Part shown: piece after piece, positions 1-8,409 of the stretch
Layout: each line of letters begins with the position of its first letter
How positions within the stretch are numbered: position 1 is the stretch's first letter
Source of the DNA: Elusimicrobia bacterium RIFOXYA12_FULL_51_18
GTDB lineage: Bacteria > Elusimicrobiota > Elusimicrobia > Elusimicrobiales > UBA9959
Direction of reading: 5' to 3'
Assembly (NCBI GenBank): GCA_001800245.1
Contig: MGVA01000043.1
Location: 93,098 to 157,097, forward strand
Length of the DNA: 64,000 nt
Program-made: the position numbers and the translations under genes
The notes under the pieces: generated by a model
Database searches by the model: none
The model's input: the letters and a program-made list of their open reading frames with translations, nothing else
Told to the model about the DNA's origin: nothing

Positions 1-36
1 GATAATCTGGTCGTTTCAAATGCCTATGCCGCGGAG

Positions 37-744
37 ATGATTGATAAGGATCAAAGCCGAGAGGGGATTCATTTCTCTATCAGCAGAACCACGATGGGAC
101 GGATCCTGTCTGTTATTCATAAACCTATTGGATCATTGCGCGTTTTGGAAATCGGTGCGGGTGCGGGTTGTTTGGCTTCACGATTTGTCGAAAGTGGCGT
201 TGAGTATACAGGTGTCGAACCATCAAAGGAGCTTTATAGGCAGATTATCGCCGGGAAGCCTTATTTGGAGAAAAGAGTGTTGAATGGCCATATCGATGCG
301 GTTCCGTTGCCGCAAAAAAAGTATGACTTATTAGTCATGATCGATACTCTTGAGCATATCCCCAATCCGGTGGAATATTTGAGGAAGTTGAAATCATTTT
401 TATCAAATGATGGGGTTATGTATATAGAAGTGCCGAACGAGGCATTGTTGAGCCTCAAAGGAGCAATGCGGCGCGTTTTGAATGTGTATTCGGGTTATAT
501 AACGCATCCGGGGCATGTGAATTTGTTTAATGCAAATACGCTGCATATGGCGTTATCCGGAGCCGGATACAGGGCAATTTCTGTTTCTCAATATAGCGTG
601 TTTGGCGATTATAACCGGATGCAAGTCGCCTTAAAGGGACGATGGGCTGCGGGATGTAAAATTGCCTGCACAATTTTCAAATATTCAAAGATAGATTTAC
701 TTATGCAGCAAGGGAATCTCAGCGCATGCGCAAAGTGCGGCTGA
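37..744 (+). CDS. class I SAM-dependent methyltransferase
   Basis: 235-aa ORF with SAM-binding motif I 'VLEIGAGAGCLA' and post-I 'DLLVMIDTLEHI', typical of Methyltransf_11/23-type enzymes. Confidence 0.7.
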   Translation: MIDKDQSREGIHFSISRTTMGRILSVIHKPIGSLRVLEIGAGAGCLASRFVESGVEYTGVEPSKELYRQIIAGKPYLEKRVLNGHIDAVPLPQKKYDLLVMIDTLEHIPNPVEYLRKLKSFLSNDGVMYIEVPNEALLSLKGAMRRVLNVYSGYITHPGHVNLFNANTLHMALSGAGYRAISVSQYSVFGDYNRMQVALKGRWAAGCKIACTIFKYSKIDLLMQQGNLSACAKCG

Positions 745-781
745 CCCCTTAAATTGTTAGGAGTGAAAGCGTTTAAAATAA

Positions 782-2302
782 ATGAAAAGAATCAGGTCAT
801 TCTTCAAAGACCACTGGGGGATGCTACTGATTGTCTATTGCATTTCCTGCCTGTTTAACTCGATTGTTAATTTTAAGACGATCATGAACCCGTATTATAT
901 TTACGGAGATATTTCATTTTATGCTGTTTTTCATCGTTTGTGTTCGGCGCAGCCTCTTTTTACCAATGATTTATTCCTGTCCGTTTTTGACATGAAGCAG
1001 GTCTTGTTGCGCGTAGACATCCCAATCGTAAAATGGCTGCTGCCGGTCACTATTTTATTAATGAAAGCGATGTCTTTATCGCAGGTTCTTGTTGTCCAAT
1101 CAATTATTTTTTGTGTAATAGCGTCTGTTTTAATGTACTTGATCGGTGCCAGTATGGGTTCTAAAAAAGAAGCCCTCTTGTTGGTTGTTCTTTTTCTAAT
1201 CTATACCGGTTCCATGGATTCGTTCTATGGAGGTGCGGCGCGAGGATCCGGTATGGCGATAACTTGCGCTGGGTTCTATTGTTTGCACAGAAAATTTACC
1301 TATGCGATAATTATGCTGATACCGGTCGCCTGGTTATCATATCCGCCGATATTACCGCTGGTCGCAGCCTTTGCCGGTTACTCTATAATCCATAGAGGGG
1401 GCAAGATCAGGGATAAAATGGTATTAATTGGCCTGACGGGGCTGATGTTGTGCTTTTTTGCAGTCTGGTTGTTCCAAGTTGAAAAACAGGCCCTCTGGAA
1501 ACTCAGTTCTTTAATGGAATGGAAAAACAGGGCTGGGATCTTCGACCTAAGGAATAACTTATTGTTGGTATATGTTTTAAATATTAATGAACACTCGGCC
1601 CTGTATGTGATATTTACCGGAATAATGATCGGCGCCAGTTTAGTTTATGCTTTGCATGCGCGGAGGAATTCCGGTTTTGTCGGCAGGGAATTTATTTTAA
1701 TTTCCGCCGGTGTTTTTATAGCGGTGTTTTTTGTTAAAAAAGAAGTCGCCTCTCGAGAGGTTATTTTCTCGATCCCTGTTTTTTTAACAATTGCCTTTTG
1801 GCGCATCTTGCTGTCGTTTAAGAGCGGCGTGGTGCGATACGGGGCTTGTATGATTTTCGCTTTATTATTTTTACTGGTGCCTCCTAATGACGGGGATATT
1901 GATTTCAGCCGTTACAGGGAACTTTTTACGGATTTATCACATACGCCTTCCGATTTGTTGATTGCCGGTCCTCTGAAATCTTTAGATTTTGTCCCTTTTT
2001 TTACGCGTCAATCGGTTTTTTTTGCGCCTTTTTGGGAAGAGGCTAAGCATTGTGTCCCCTCGATGCAAACTGAACTAAAAAATAGAAAGCAAGAATTGGA
2101 AAAGATATTATATTCGAAAAATGAGCAAGAGATTGTGCGGTTTGCGGGACGCAACCACATTACGCATTTTATTGTTGATGATTATCTATACGCCGGGTAT
2201 AACTCTAACGGCGGGAGGCCGTTCGCATTGCAGGAGTTGGCGCATCGGCATGGGGTGGCGTATGGCAATGGCCTTTATCTTATTAATGTAAACCAGTTCT
2301 GA
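782..2302 (+). CDS. polytopic membrane protein of unknown function, many TM helices plus a soluble C-terminal domain of about 130 aa (GT-C/polymerase-like by topology only)
   Basis: 506-aa ORF with long hydrophobic segments throughout; starts 38 nt after the methyltransferase; no motif I can name. Confidence 0.5.
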   Translation: MKRIRSFFKDHWGMLLIVYCISCLFNSIVNFKTIMNPYYIYGDISFYAVFHRLCSAQPLFTNDLFLSVFDMKQVLLRVDIPIVKWLLPVTILLMKAMSLSQVLVVQSIIFCVIASVLMYLIGASMGSKKEALLLVVLFLIYTGSMDSFYGGAARGSGMAITCAGFYCLHRKFTYAIIMLIPVAWLSYPPILPLVAAFAGYSIIHRGGKIRDKMVLIGLTGLMLCFFAVWLFQVEKQALWKLSSLMEWKNRAGIFDLRNNLLLVYVLNINEHSALYVIFTGIMIGASLVYALHARRNSGFVGREFILISAGVFIAVFFVKKEVASREVIFSIPVFLTIAFWRILLSFKSGVVRYGACMIFALLFLLVPPNDGDIDFSRYRELFTDLSHTPSDLLIAGPLKSLDFVPFFTRQSVFFAPFWEEAKHCVPSMQTELKNRKQELEKILYSKNEQEIVRFAGRNHITHFIVDDYLYAGYNSNGGRPFALQELAHRHGVAYGNGLYLINVNQF

Positions 2303-2392
2303 GGTTTTTATTGATTCCCGGACGCATCCCTCGGGGAATATTAAAAGAACCTGTCTCCTTCGTTAACCAGACAATCGTGATCGGAATAAACT

Positions 2393-3841
2393 TCATCCCT
2401 CTCGCCTAAGCTTTGCAACGATAAAATGCGGATAGAGACGCAGGAAGCGTCCGGTGTGGAAATCTCCGCTAGATCTGCTGAGTACTCTGGCCGCCACACG
2501 GAGGAAGATATCTCCGACCGGCAGCGAGAACAGTCCGGGCCTGTGCGCTAGAAAGCGCCTGAGACTGCGCGGCAGGCGCGGCAACAGCGTTAGCAGTGAG
2601 AAATATGCCGCCTGCCTTCGCCTGGGGAGCTGCGAGTAGCCTGCCGGGCGCATCAGGCCGCCAGGTACGTTATGTTTCCCCGGCCGGGCCGTGGCCAGCG
2701 GGGTGTTTGGATATATGCGCAGAAAAAAAATTTCGTTGTGGTCGGGAGTGTTTTCCGCGTAGAAAGAGGCTAAGGCTGAAAGTTCTTCCTCGCTTTCATC
2801 GGGCAGGTCAAGGATGTTGTCACAGGTGACGTATACTCCCTCCGATCGCAGCGCGTTTATGGCCGCCCCTATGTCGGCGTTCGCCGCGCGCCTGCCCAGC
2901 AGCGTGCGGCGCCGGGCCTCGTCGAAGCGCTGTACTCCAAGCTGAACTTTCATGCACCCGGCGGCAGCCAGCGCAGGCGCCGCTTCAGCCAGGTGGTGGT
3001 CCGGGAACACGTAGCAGGAAAAAGGCAGGCCTATTTTTTTTCGGTAAAGAGGCAGGAATGTGTTTAGCCAGGCATAGTCCGAGTTAAATACTTCGTCGGT
3101 GAAATGTATAAAGTGTGGGTTCCTCTTACTTAGTGTTTCCACAAGTTCGGCCAGCATGTTCTCCGGGGAGCGGCGGCGCAACGGAGGTGTTTTGGAGGCT
3201 GCGTAGAGTTCCCTGTAAACGCTGTTGCAGCAATAGGTGCAGGAGTGTGGGCAGCCGCGTGAAGAGGATGCGAGGTATCCTTCGGAAAAACAGGGGTACG
3301 CTCCGGCGAATAGGTTCTTGTCTGGGAACGGCAGGGAGTTTATATCAGCCGGCGGCGCCGCAGGAGGGCCTTTTAATATCTCACCGTCTTTTTTTCCCCA
3401 GATGCCGGCAGGCAGGCTGCCGCCTGATGCGATGACTTTGGCCAGGGCCGGTAGAGCCAGGTCTCCTTCTCCGAGACATACGAAATCCACGCAGTCCTCC
3501 GCCAGGACGGTTTCAGGCGTTGAGGAAGCGTGTATTCCGCCAAAAACTATTTTAGCCCCCGTTCTTTTTTTTATTTCTCGTGCCATCGAAATGGCCCAGG
3601 GGAAGGTGTCGGTGAACACCGAAAAAGCCACTATGTCCGGCCTGTGCTTTTCAGTCAGGCGCAGAGCCTGTTCCCGAAAACTCAAGAATCCGGCCAGTAT
3701 TGTGGAACGCCAGAATCCGGCCTCGTCGAAAAGGCAGGGGTCTATAACCAGAGCGGTCTCAAAACCTGCCGCTTTGAGCGAAGCTGAAAGGTATTCGATC
3801 CCGAGACTTTCATAACCGTTATGGAGAAAGAGTATCTTCAT
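2393..3841 (-). CDS. B12-binding-domain radical SAM protein
   Basis: N-terminal Rossmann-like 'MKILFLHNGYESLGIEYLSASLKAAGF' (B12-binding type) and radical-SAM cluster 'CPHSCTYCC'. Start chosen at MKILF because its ATG overlaps the upstream stop (ATGA); the ORF track begins 18 codons earlier. Confidence 0.8.
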   Translation of the reverse strand: MKILFLHNGYESLGIEYLSASLKAAGFETALVIDPCLFDEAGFWRSTILAGFLSFREQALRLTEKHRPDIVAFSVFTDTFPWAISMAREIKKRTGAKIVFGGIHASSTPETVLAEDCVDFVCLGEGDLALPALAKVIASGGSLPAGIWGKKDGEILKGPPAAPPADINSLPFPDKNLFAGAYPCFSEGYLASSSRGCPHSCTYCCNSVYRELYAASKTPPLRRRSPENMLAELVETLSKRNPHFIHFTDEVFNSDYAWLNTFLPLYRKKIGLPFSCYVFPDHHLAEAAPALAAAGCMKVQLGVQRFDEARRRTLLGRRAANADIGAAINALRSEGVYVTCDNILDLPDESEEELSALASFYAENTPDHNEIFFLRIYPNTPLATARPGKHNVPGGLMRPAGYSQLPRRRQAAYFSLLTLLPRLPRSLRRFLAHRPGLFSLPVGDIFLRVAARVLSRSSGDFHTGRFLRLYPHFIVAKLRREG

Positions 3842-5172
3842 CCCGCCGGTTTCCCGGCCGCTGAGGCGGCGGCTCTGTCGGCGTCCAGAAGGCATTCTTC
3901 CATGTCGTAGTATGAATGAGCCCCGCTTCTGCCGCAGAGTTCCAGGTTTGCGTAGCGGCCCAAAGCCCCGGTCACCGTGTTAAGAGATTTTTCATAGCCC
4001 AGATACAGGAGAGGGTAGGCGAAAGGCAGCCTTTCCACTTTAAAGTCCAAAAGCTCAGATCCCTTGAATATTTTTATGGCCGAAAGGGCGTTGAACGTTG
4101 CCGCCGCTATGTCCGCATCCGGCTTGCGCCAGGTTTTGTCGTCCTCTTGGCAGAATATTTCCAGGGTAACCGGAAAGAAACCTTCTGGAACCAGGCCGCG
4201 GCTCCAGTTGAGCAGCTCGGATGCCCTGGAAAAGGGGACATCCGGGTCCTGGAAATAGACCCAGTGGTCCTTCAAGGGCGTGCGATTTTTGAGAGCCAGG
4301 AACACTATTATCAGGGAGCGGTAGCGCAGGTCCCGAGCCGCGCAGGCCAATTCGGGGTTGTCCCGGATAAGCGCGGAAAATTCTTTTAACGGGATGGTGG
4401 AAATAAGCTGCCTGAACTTTAAGGTCCCGCGGCATCCGTTTTGTTCAAATTCGAGAGCGGTCAGGCGGCCGCCCTCGGCCGTAAGTTTTAAAGGTATTGC
4501 GCCGGTAAGTATTTCTCCCCGGTCAGTGAGTTTTTTTCGCAGGGCGCCTGTAAGGCTTCCTATGCCGTCCTTCGGGTATAGGAAATGCCCGGCATTTTCC
4601 TTGGCGCCAGAGATGGGCAGGAAGATGTCGAAGAAAAGTTTTTTTAAGTCCAGGCTGCCTATGCGCCTCTCGGCCCAGATGGAGGAGATCTCTTCCGTAG
4701 GAAGGCCCCAGGCTTTTAATGAGTAATCCTTGAAATAGGCGTCATGTATTCGGGGCCCGAAGTTGCGGCCCAGCCAATCCTTGAGCGAGGCCGATTTCTC
4801 GTCCGCTTTCCGGGTGCCGTGCGTTTTGAAGCGCAGGGTTGGGAGGGCGTAAAAGATCCCATTCAGCAGCGTGGGGGGATATTGAAGGAACCGGCCGCGG
4901 GTGTAGATGCTGCTTTTCCTTTTATGGTATAACGTTCGTCCGGCCCCCAGGAGTTTTTCCACACGGCCTTTCACGTCGGCATCCTTGAAATAAAGCCTGT
5001 GGCCGCCCAGGTCGAATTTGAAATTCTTATGGGAAACGGTGGCCGCCAGGCCGCCTTCGCGCTCCGCTTTCTCCAGGATGAAAATTTTTTTCCCGCCTTC
5101 TTTAAGCCGGTCGGCGGCCGCCAGGCCGCTTAATCCCGCGCCGAGAATGGCGATGTCCGTGTTGATTTCCAT
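3838..5172 (-). CDS. FAD/NAD(P)-binding oxidoreductase (amine-oxidase / protoporphyrinogen-oxidase-like fold)
   Basis: 444-aa ORF with N-terminal dinucleotide-binding motif 'DIAILGAGLSGLAAADRL...ILEK'; translationally coupled to the B12-rSAM gene. Confidence 0.75.
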   Translation of the reverse strand: MEINTDIAILGAGLSGLAAADRLKEGGKKIFILEKAEREGGLAATVSHKNFKFDLGGHRLYFKDADVKGRVEKLLGAGRTLYHKRKSSIYTRGRFLQYPPTLLNGIFYALPTLRFKTHGTRKADEKSASLKDWLGRNFGPRIHDAYFKDYSLKAWGLPTEEISSIWAERRIGSLDLKKLFFDIFLPISGAKENAGHFLYPKDGIGSLTGALRKKLTDRGEILTGAIPLKLTAEGGRLTALEFEQNGCRGTLKFRQLISTIPLKEFSALIRDNPELACAARDLRYRSLIIVFLALKNRTPLKDHWVYFQDPDVPFSRASELLNWSRGLVPEGFFPVTLEIFCQEDDKTWRKPDADIAAATFNALSAIKIFKGSELLDFKVERLPFAYPLLYLGYEKSLNTVTGALGRYANLELCGRSGAHSYYDMEECLLDADRAAASAAGKPAG

Positions 5173-5182
5173 TGTAAGGTCC

Positions 5183-5296
5183 GGCTTATGACCATGCCGT
5201 AACTGCCCTGTGGGAGTGCCGCAGCAAGAGCTGTGCTCATCAAGCGGCCCGGCGCTATACGCACCAAACGGTCAAGCGCTATACGTTCAGACGGCC
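5183..5296 (-). repeat. dispersed repeat core (copy A)
   Basis: Reverse complement aligns with 19839-19930 from GGCCGTCTGA to CATAGGTC, with an internal 'CGTATAGCGC' duplication. Confidence 0.75.
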
Positions 5297-5452
5297 TTTT
5301 TATTCTACATAATTTGACCGCAGGGGAAATCGTTCCCACGTTCCCGTTCCCATGTTCCCGCGTTTGCCTGTGGCTCTATCCGGCTGAAGGTGTGCCGCCG
5401 CGGATTTAATGAGAAAAGCGCGAAAAAAGTCCCATAATGCTAAAATTATGTC

Positions 5453-6352
5453 ATGCCGGATATACCGGTCTGGAATAAATGTGATAATCTCTGCGTGATG
5501 TGCGCCAACGAACCCGCGTTCGTACGCGCTCCATCAGGCCGGTATTTGCTGAAATCACAAATAAAAAGGTTTGAAAGTTATCTTTCAGGTTTTAAGGCGG
5601 CTTACGCCAAAAACGCGGATAACTGCGCGGCGCTTAATCTCACCGGCGGCGAACCTGCGCTCAACCCCGATTTTTTAAAGCTGCTGACCTATTTTAGGAA
5701 AAGAACTCCCGGAAGGGAGCTGACGCTTTTGTCCAATGGCCGTTGTTTCTCCGCCGCCGTCTTTGCCGCCGCCGCGCTTAAGGCCGGGAAAGCCCCGTTC
5801 GCCGTGGTTGTAGCCCTGCACGGCTCCACCGCCGCCAGGCATGACTCCATAAGTAGAGTTCCGGGGAGTTTCAGCGCTACGCTTGCCGGTCTGCGCAATA
5901 TTTGCATCCATAAAAGTCCGGGGCAGACGCTGGAGATACGCCTGGTCCTCCACCGGCGGAACGTAAAAGACTTTGAAAATATTCTTCTGCTCCTGTTGCG
6001 GGAGTTTTCCGGTTTTAAAGGATGGCGGGCGGTAGCGCTGCATTACGAACTGGAAGGCCGAGCGCTGAAAAATTTAAAAGCGCTGGCGCTTCGGCTTAAA
6101 ACTTCAGCCGGAGCCGTCAACTCCTGCGCGGCGCTTATACGCCGGTTCAAAGAGTTCCGGCTCTACCATTTTCCGCTTTGTCTTTTGAAGAAAGAGCTGC
6201 GGCCCCTGGCCTGGATTACTTTGCCTACGGAAGACCGGTTTTATGCCCGGAAGTGCGGCGGCTGCGTGCTGCGCGCGAGTTGTGTGGGGTTGATGGCACG
6301 CTACAGCATCCGTTTCGGCTCAGGAGAGCTCAGGCCGCTCAAAACAATATAA
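5453..6352 (+). CDS. radical SAM protein with C-terminal Cys cluster (SPASM-like?)
   Basis: 'CDNLCVMC' (CxxxCxxC) at residues 10-17, 'LNLTGGEPALNP' SAM-binding glycine motif, C-terminal 'CGGCVLRASC'. Confidence 0.7.
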   Translation: MPDIPVWNKCDNLCVMCANEPAFVRAPSGRYLLKSQIKRFESYLSGFKAAYAKNADNCAALNLTGGEPALNPDFLKLLTYFRKRTPGRELTLLSNGRCFSAAVFAAAALKAGKAPFAVVVALHGSTAARHDSISRVPGSFSATLAGLRNICIHKSPGQTLEIRLVLHRRNVKDFENILLLLLREFSGFKGWRAVALHYELEGRALKNLKALALRLKTSAGAVNSCAALIRRFKEFRLYHFPLCLLKKELRPLAWITLPTEDRFYARKCGGCVLRASCVGLMARYSIRFGSGELRPLKTI

Positions 6353-6534
6353 TGGCTCCGCTTTTAAACATCGGATCGGTTGAGCGCCTCTGTCAGGGTG
6401 GATGCGGCGGGCACGGGTTTTGTTGCGGCAGGTCTTAAGGGACGTGATCTGTAAGGCGGACGCTCTATGGCCGGCAGGAGCGGGAAAATGTGACGGAGCC
6501 TACTATAGTATTGTATTATTATCCTTAAATTAGC

Positions 6535-7224
6535 ATGAAAAATGCGTTAGTGGTGAAAAATATATTTACACTGTCGGCGCTGGCGTTAGCCTGCGCCTGT
6601 TCCAGTGATTACGCGGCCTTGAGGCTGGGGAAGGACGCCTATGCGGATTTTGCCGGTCTTAAGGCCGCTAACAAGGAGGGGCTGGATTATTCCATAGAGG
6701 CGTATGACAGGAATTATCCGGCTGTAATTTTCGCTATCCATGGAGGCGATATCGAGCCCGGTACGGCCAGGGTGGCAAGGCGGATAGCGGGTTCCGATTT
6801 CAACCTTTATGTCTTTCAAGATTGGACGGGGCCGATAAAAAGCAGCCTGCACCTTACCGCCACACATTTTGATGAGCCGGCGGCCGTCCGGCTGGCCACC
6901 TCCAGCGTGGTGGCGCTCTCGGTGCACGGCCAGTGGGATAAAGGGGATTGGGTGTGCGTGGGCGGGCGAAATAAGGAACTTGGCAGGGCGGTTTCGGATA
7001 ACCTGATTCTCGCCGGTTTTGCCGCGGTGATTCCCTGTTCCCGGCTGCCCGGGATCAAGGCAACGAACATCGTTAACCGGGCCAGGGACGGCGGAGTCCA
7101 GCTTGAAATAACCCTTCGGCTGCTGAGAAGACTTGAAAAGTCCCCCGAAGATTTATCAAAATTTAGCGTCGCTGTCCGGTCCGCTGTTTTGGAATATTTA
7201 CAAAAACAAGGAGCAGCCAGATGA
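6535..7224 (+). CDS. poly-gamma-glutamate hydrolase-like (PghP/UPF0714 family) lipoprotein
   Basis: Lipobox-like signal 'LSALALACACSS'; 'IFAIHGGDIEPGT' and 'ALSVHG' resemble the PghP zinc-hydrolase family (recalled motif, not searched). Confidence 0.55.
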   Translation: MKNALVVKNIFTLSALALACACSSDYAALRLGKDAYADFAGLKAANKEGLDYSIEAYDRNYPAVIFAIHGGDIEPGTARVARRIAGSDFNLYVFQDWTGPIKSSLHLTATHFDEPAAVRLATSSVVALSVHGQWDKGDWVCVGGRNKELGRAVSDNLILAGFAAVIPCSRLPGIKATNIVNRARDGGVQLEITLRLLRRLEKSPEDLSKFSVAVRSAVLEYLQKQGAAR

Positions 7225-8330
7225 AGAAAATAAGGATCTTCGCTTTCGGCGGGAATGAGGTATCTCCGGTGGGGATGAAGGACCCGAAGACCGGCAAGGG
7301 GATAAACCCCGATATCGCCATGCAGTGGCGCAAGACGGCCGAGACCGCTAAACTTGTGGCCGATATTTTTGAAAAATACCCGGACGATCTCTACGTCATG
7401 ACCCACGGCAACGGCCCGCAGGTGGGCAATGTGCTTATGCGCGCCGAGCTGTGCCGCGACACCCTGCCTCCGCTTCCTCTGGATGTCTGTGTGGCGGATA
7501 CGCAGGGCGCGATGGCTTATATGATAGCCCAGCTCAATAACGAGCTCAATATAAGGGGGATCGACAATATCGTCTCCGGTATAGTCACCCAGGTGGTGGT
7601 GGATAAGGACGATCCGGATTTTAAAAACCCCTCCAAGTACATAGGGCCCTCCTATTCCAAGGAGGAGGCGGATGACCGAACCGTCCATAACGGCTGGGTG
7701 ATGAAACTTTATAAGAAGGATGACAAAGGCGCCGAGATCTGGCGCCGCGTGGTGCCTTCCCCGGTTCCGTCCGATATAGTGGAAATTGACGCCATAGAGG
7801 CTATGCTTGCCCGGGGGATAGTGCCGGTGACCGTGGGCGGCGGCGGTATCCCGGTCCGCGAGGTCATGCCCGAGATCAAGGATGGCAAAGAAGTATACTC
7901 CTGTAATTACGGCGTACAATTCTCAAGGGCTCACAAGGCCGGCGCGAAACGGTTGAAAATGTACACCGGCGTGGAAGCCGTTATAGACAAGGATCTGGCC
8001 TCGGCGTTGCTGGGGAATATGCTTTTAAAGCGGGCGAAGGCGCGCGGCGAGGATGTGGAGGTCAGCCTTACCATTTTCACCGGCGAAGATGGGGCCAAGT
8101 TGAATTACCAGAAGCCCGATCAGGTGGACTTGCGCAAGCTGACATTGACTGAGCTGGAAGAAATATATAACCGCAAGCCCTGCCCGTTCCCGGCCGGAAG
8201 CATGGGGCCCAAGATCAAAGCTGTAATCGAGTTTCTCAAGGGAGGAGGCCAATCAGCCTTTATCACCAAAACCGACTTGTTCGATGAGACCCTGAAGGGC
8301 GGCGCCGGCACCACTGTGACCAGGGAATGA
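7221..8330 (+). CDS. arcC: carbamate kinase (with internal insertion)
   Basis: 'FGGNE', 'HGNGPQVGN', 'PLDVCVADTQGAM', 'WRRVVPSPVPSDIVE', 'GGGGIPV', 'GVEAVIDKDLAS', 'FPAGSMGPKI' line up with canonical carbamate kinases; ATGA overlap with the upstream gene. Confidence 0.8.
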   Translation: MKKIRIFAFGGNEVSPVGMKDPKTGKGINPDIAMQWRKTAETAKLVADIFEKYPDDLYVMTHGNGPQVGNVLMRAELCRDTLPPLPLDVCVADTQGAMAYMIAQLNNELNIRGIDNIVSGIVTQVVVDKDDPDFKNPSKYIGPSYSKEEADDRTVHNGWVMKLYKKDDKGAEIWRRVVPSPVPSDIVEIDAIEAMLARGIVPVTVGGGGIPVREVMPEIKDGKEVYSCNYGVQFSRAHKAGAKRLKMYTGVEAVIDKDLASALLGNMLLKRAKARGEDVEVSLTIFTGEDGAKLNYQKPDQVDLRKLTLTELEEIYNRKPCPFPAGSMGPKIKAVIEFLKGGGQSAFITKTDLFDETLKGGAGTTVTRE

Positions 8331-8409
8331 CAGCAAGGCGTGCCGGCTCCGGGGCAATAGGAATCTTCCGGCACGCTTCTACACCCGATACTCACCGACA
8401 CTTACAACT

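Noticed and set aside
6816-7919. Long antisense ORFs: 6816-7919(-), 15269-16330(-), 16532-17263(-), 20112-20789(-), 29035-30264(-), 31437-32444(-), 39712-40806(-), 48151-49041(-), 51641-52330(-), 60871-61593(-), 62436-63020(-), 63310-63921(-)
   Set aside because: Each lies opposite a gene with strong family motifs. Each has Arg/Gly/His/Pro-rich low-complexity translations typical of shadow ORFs in GC-rich DNA, and none has a recognisable motif or RBS.
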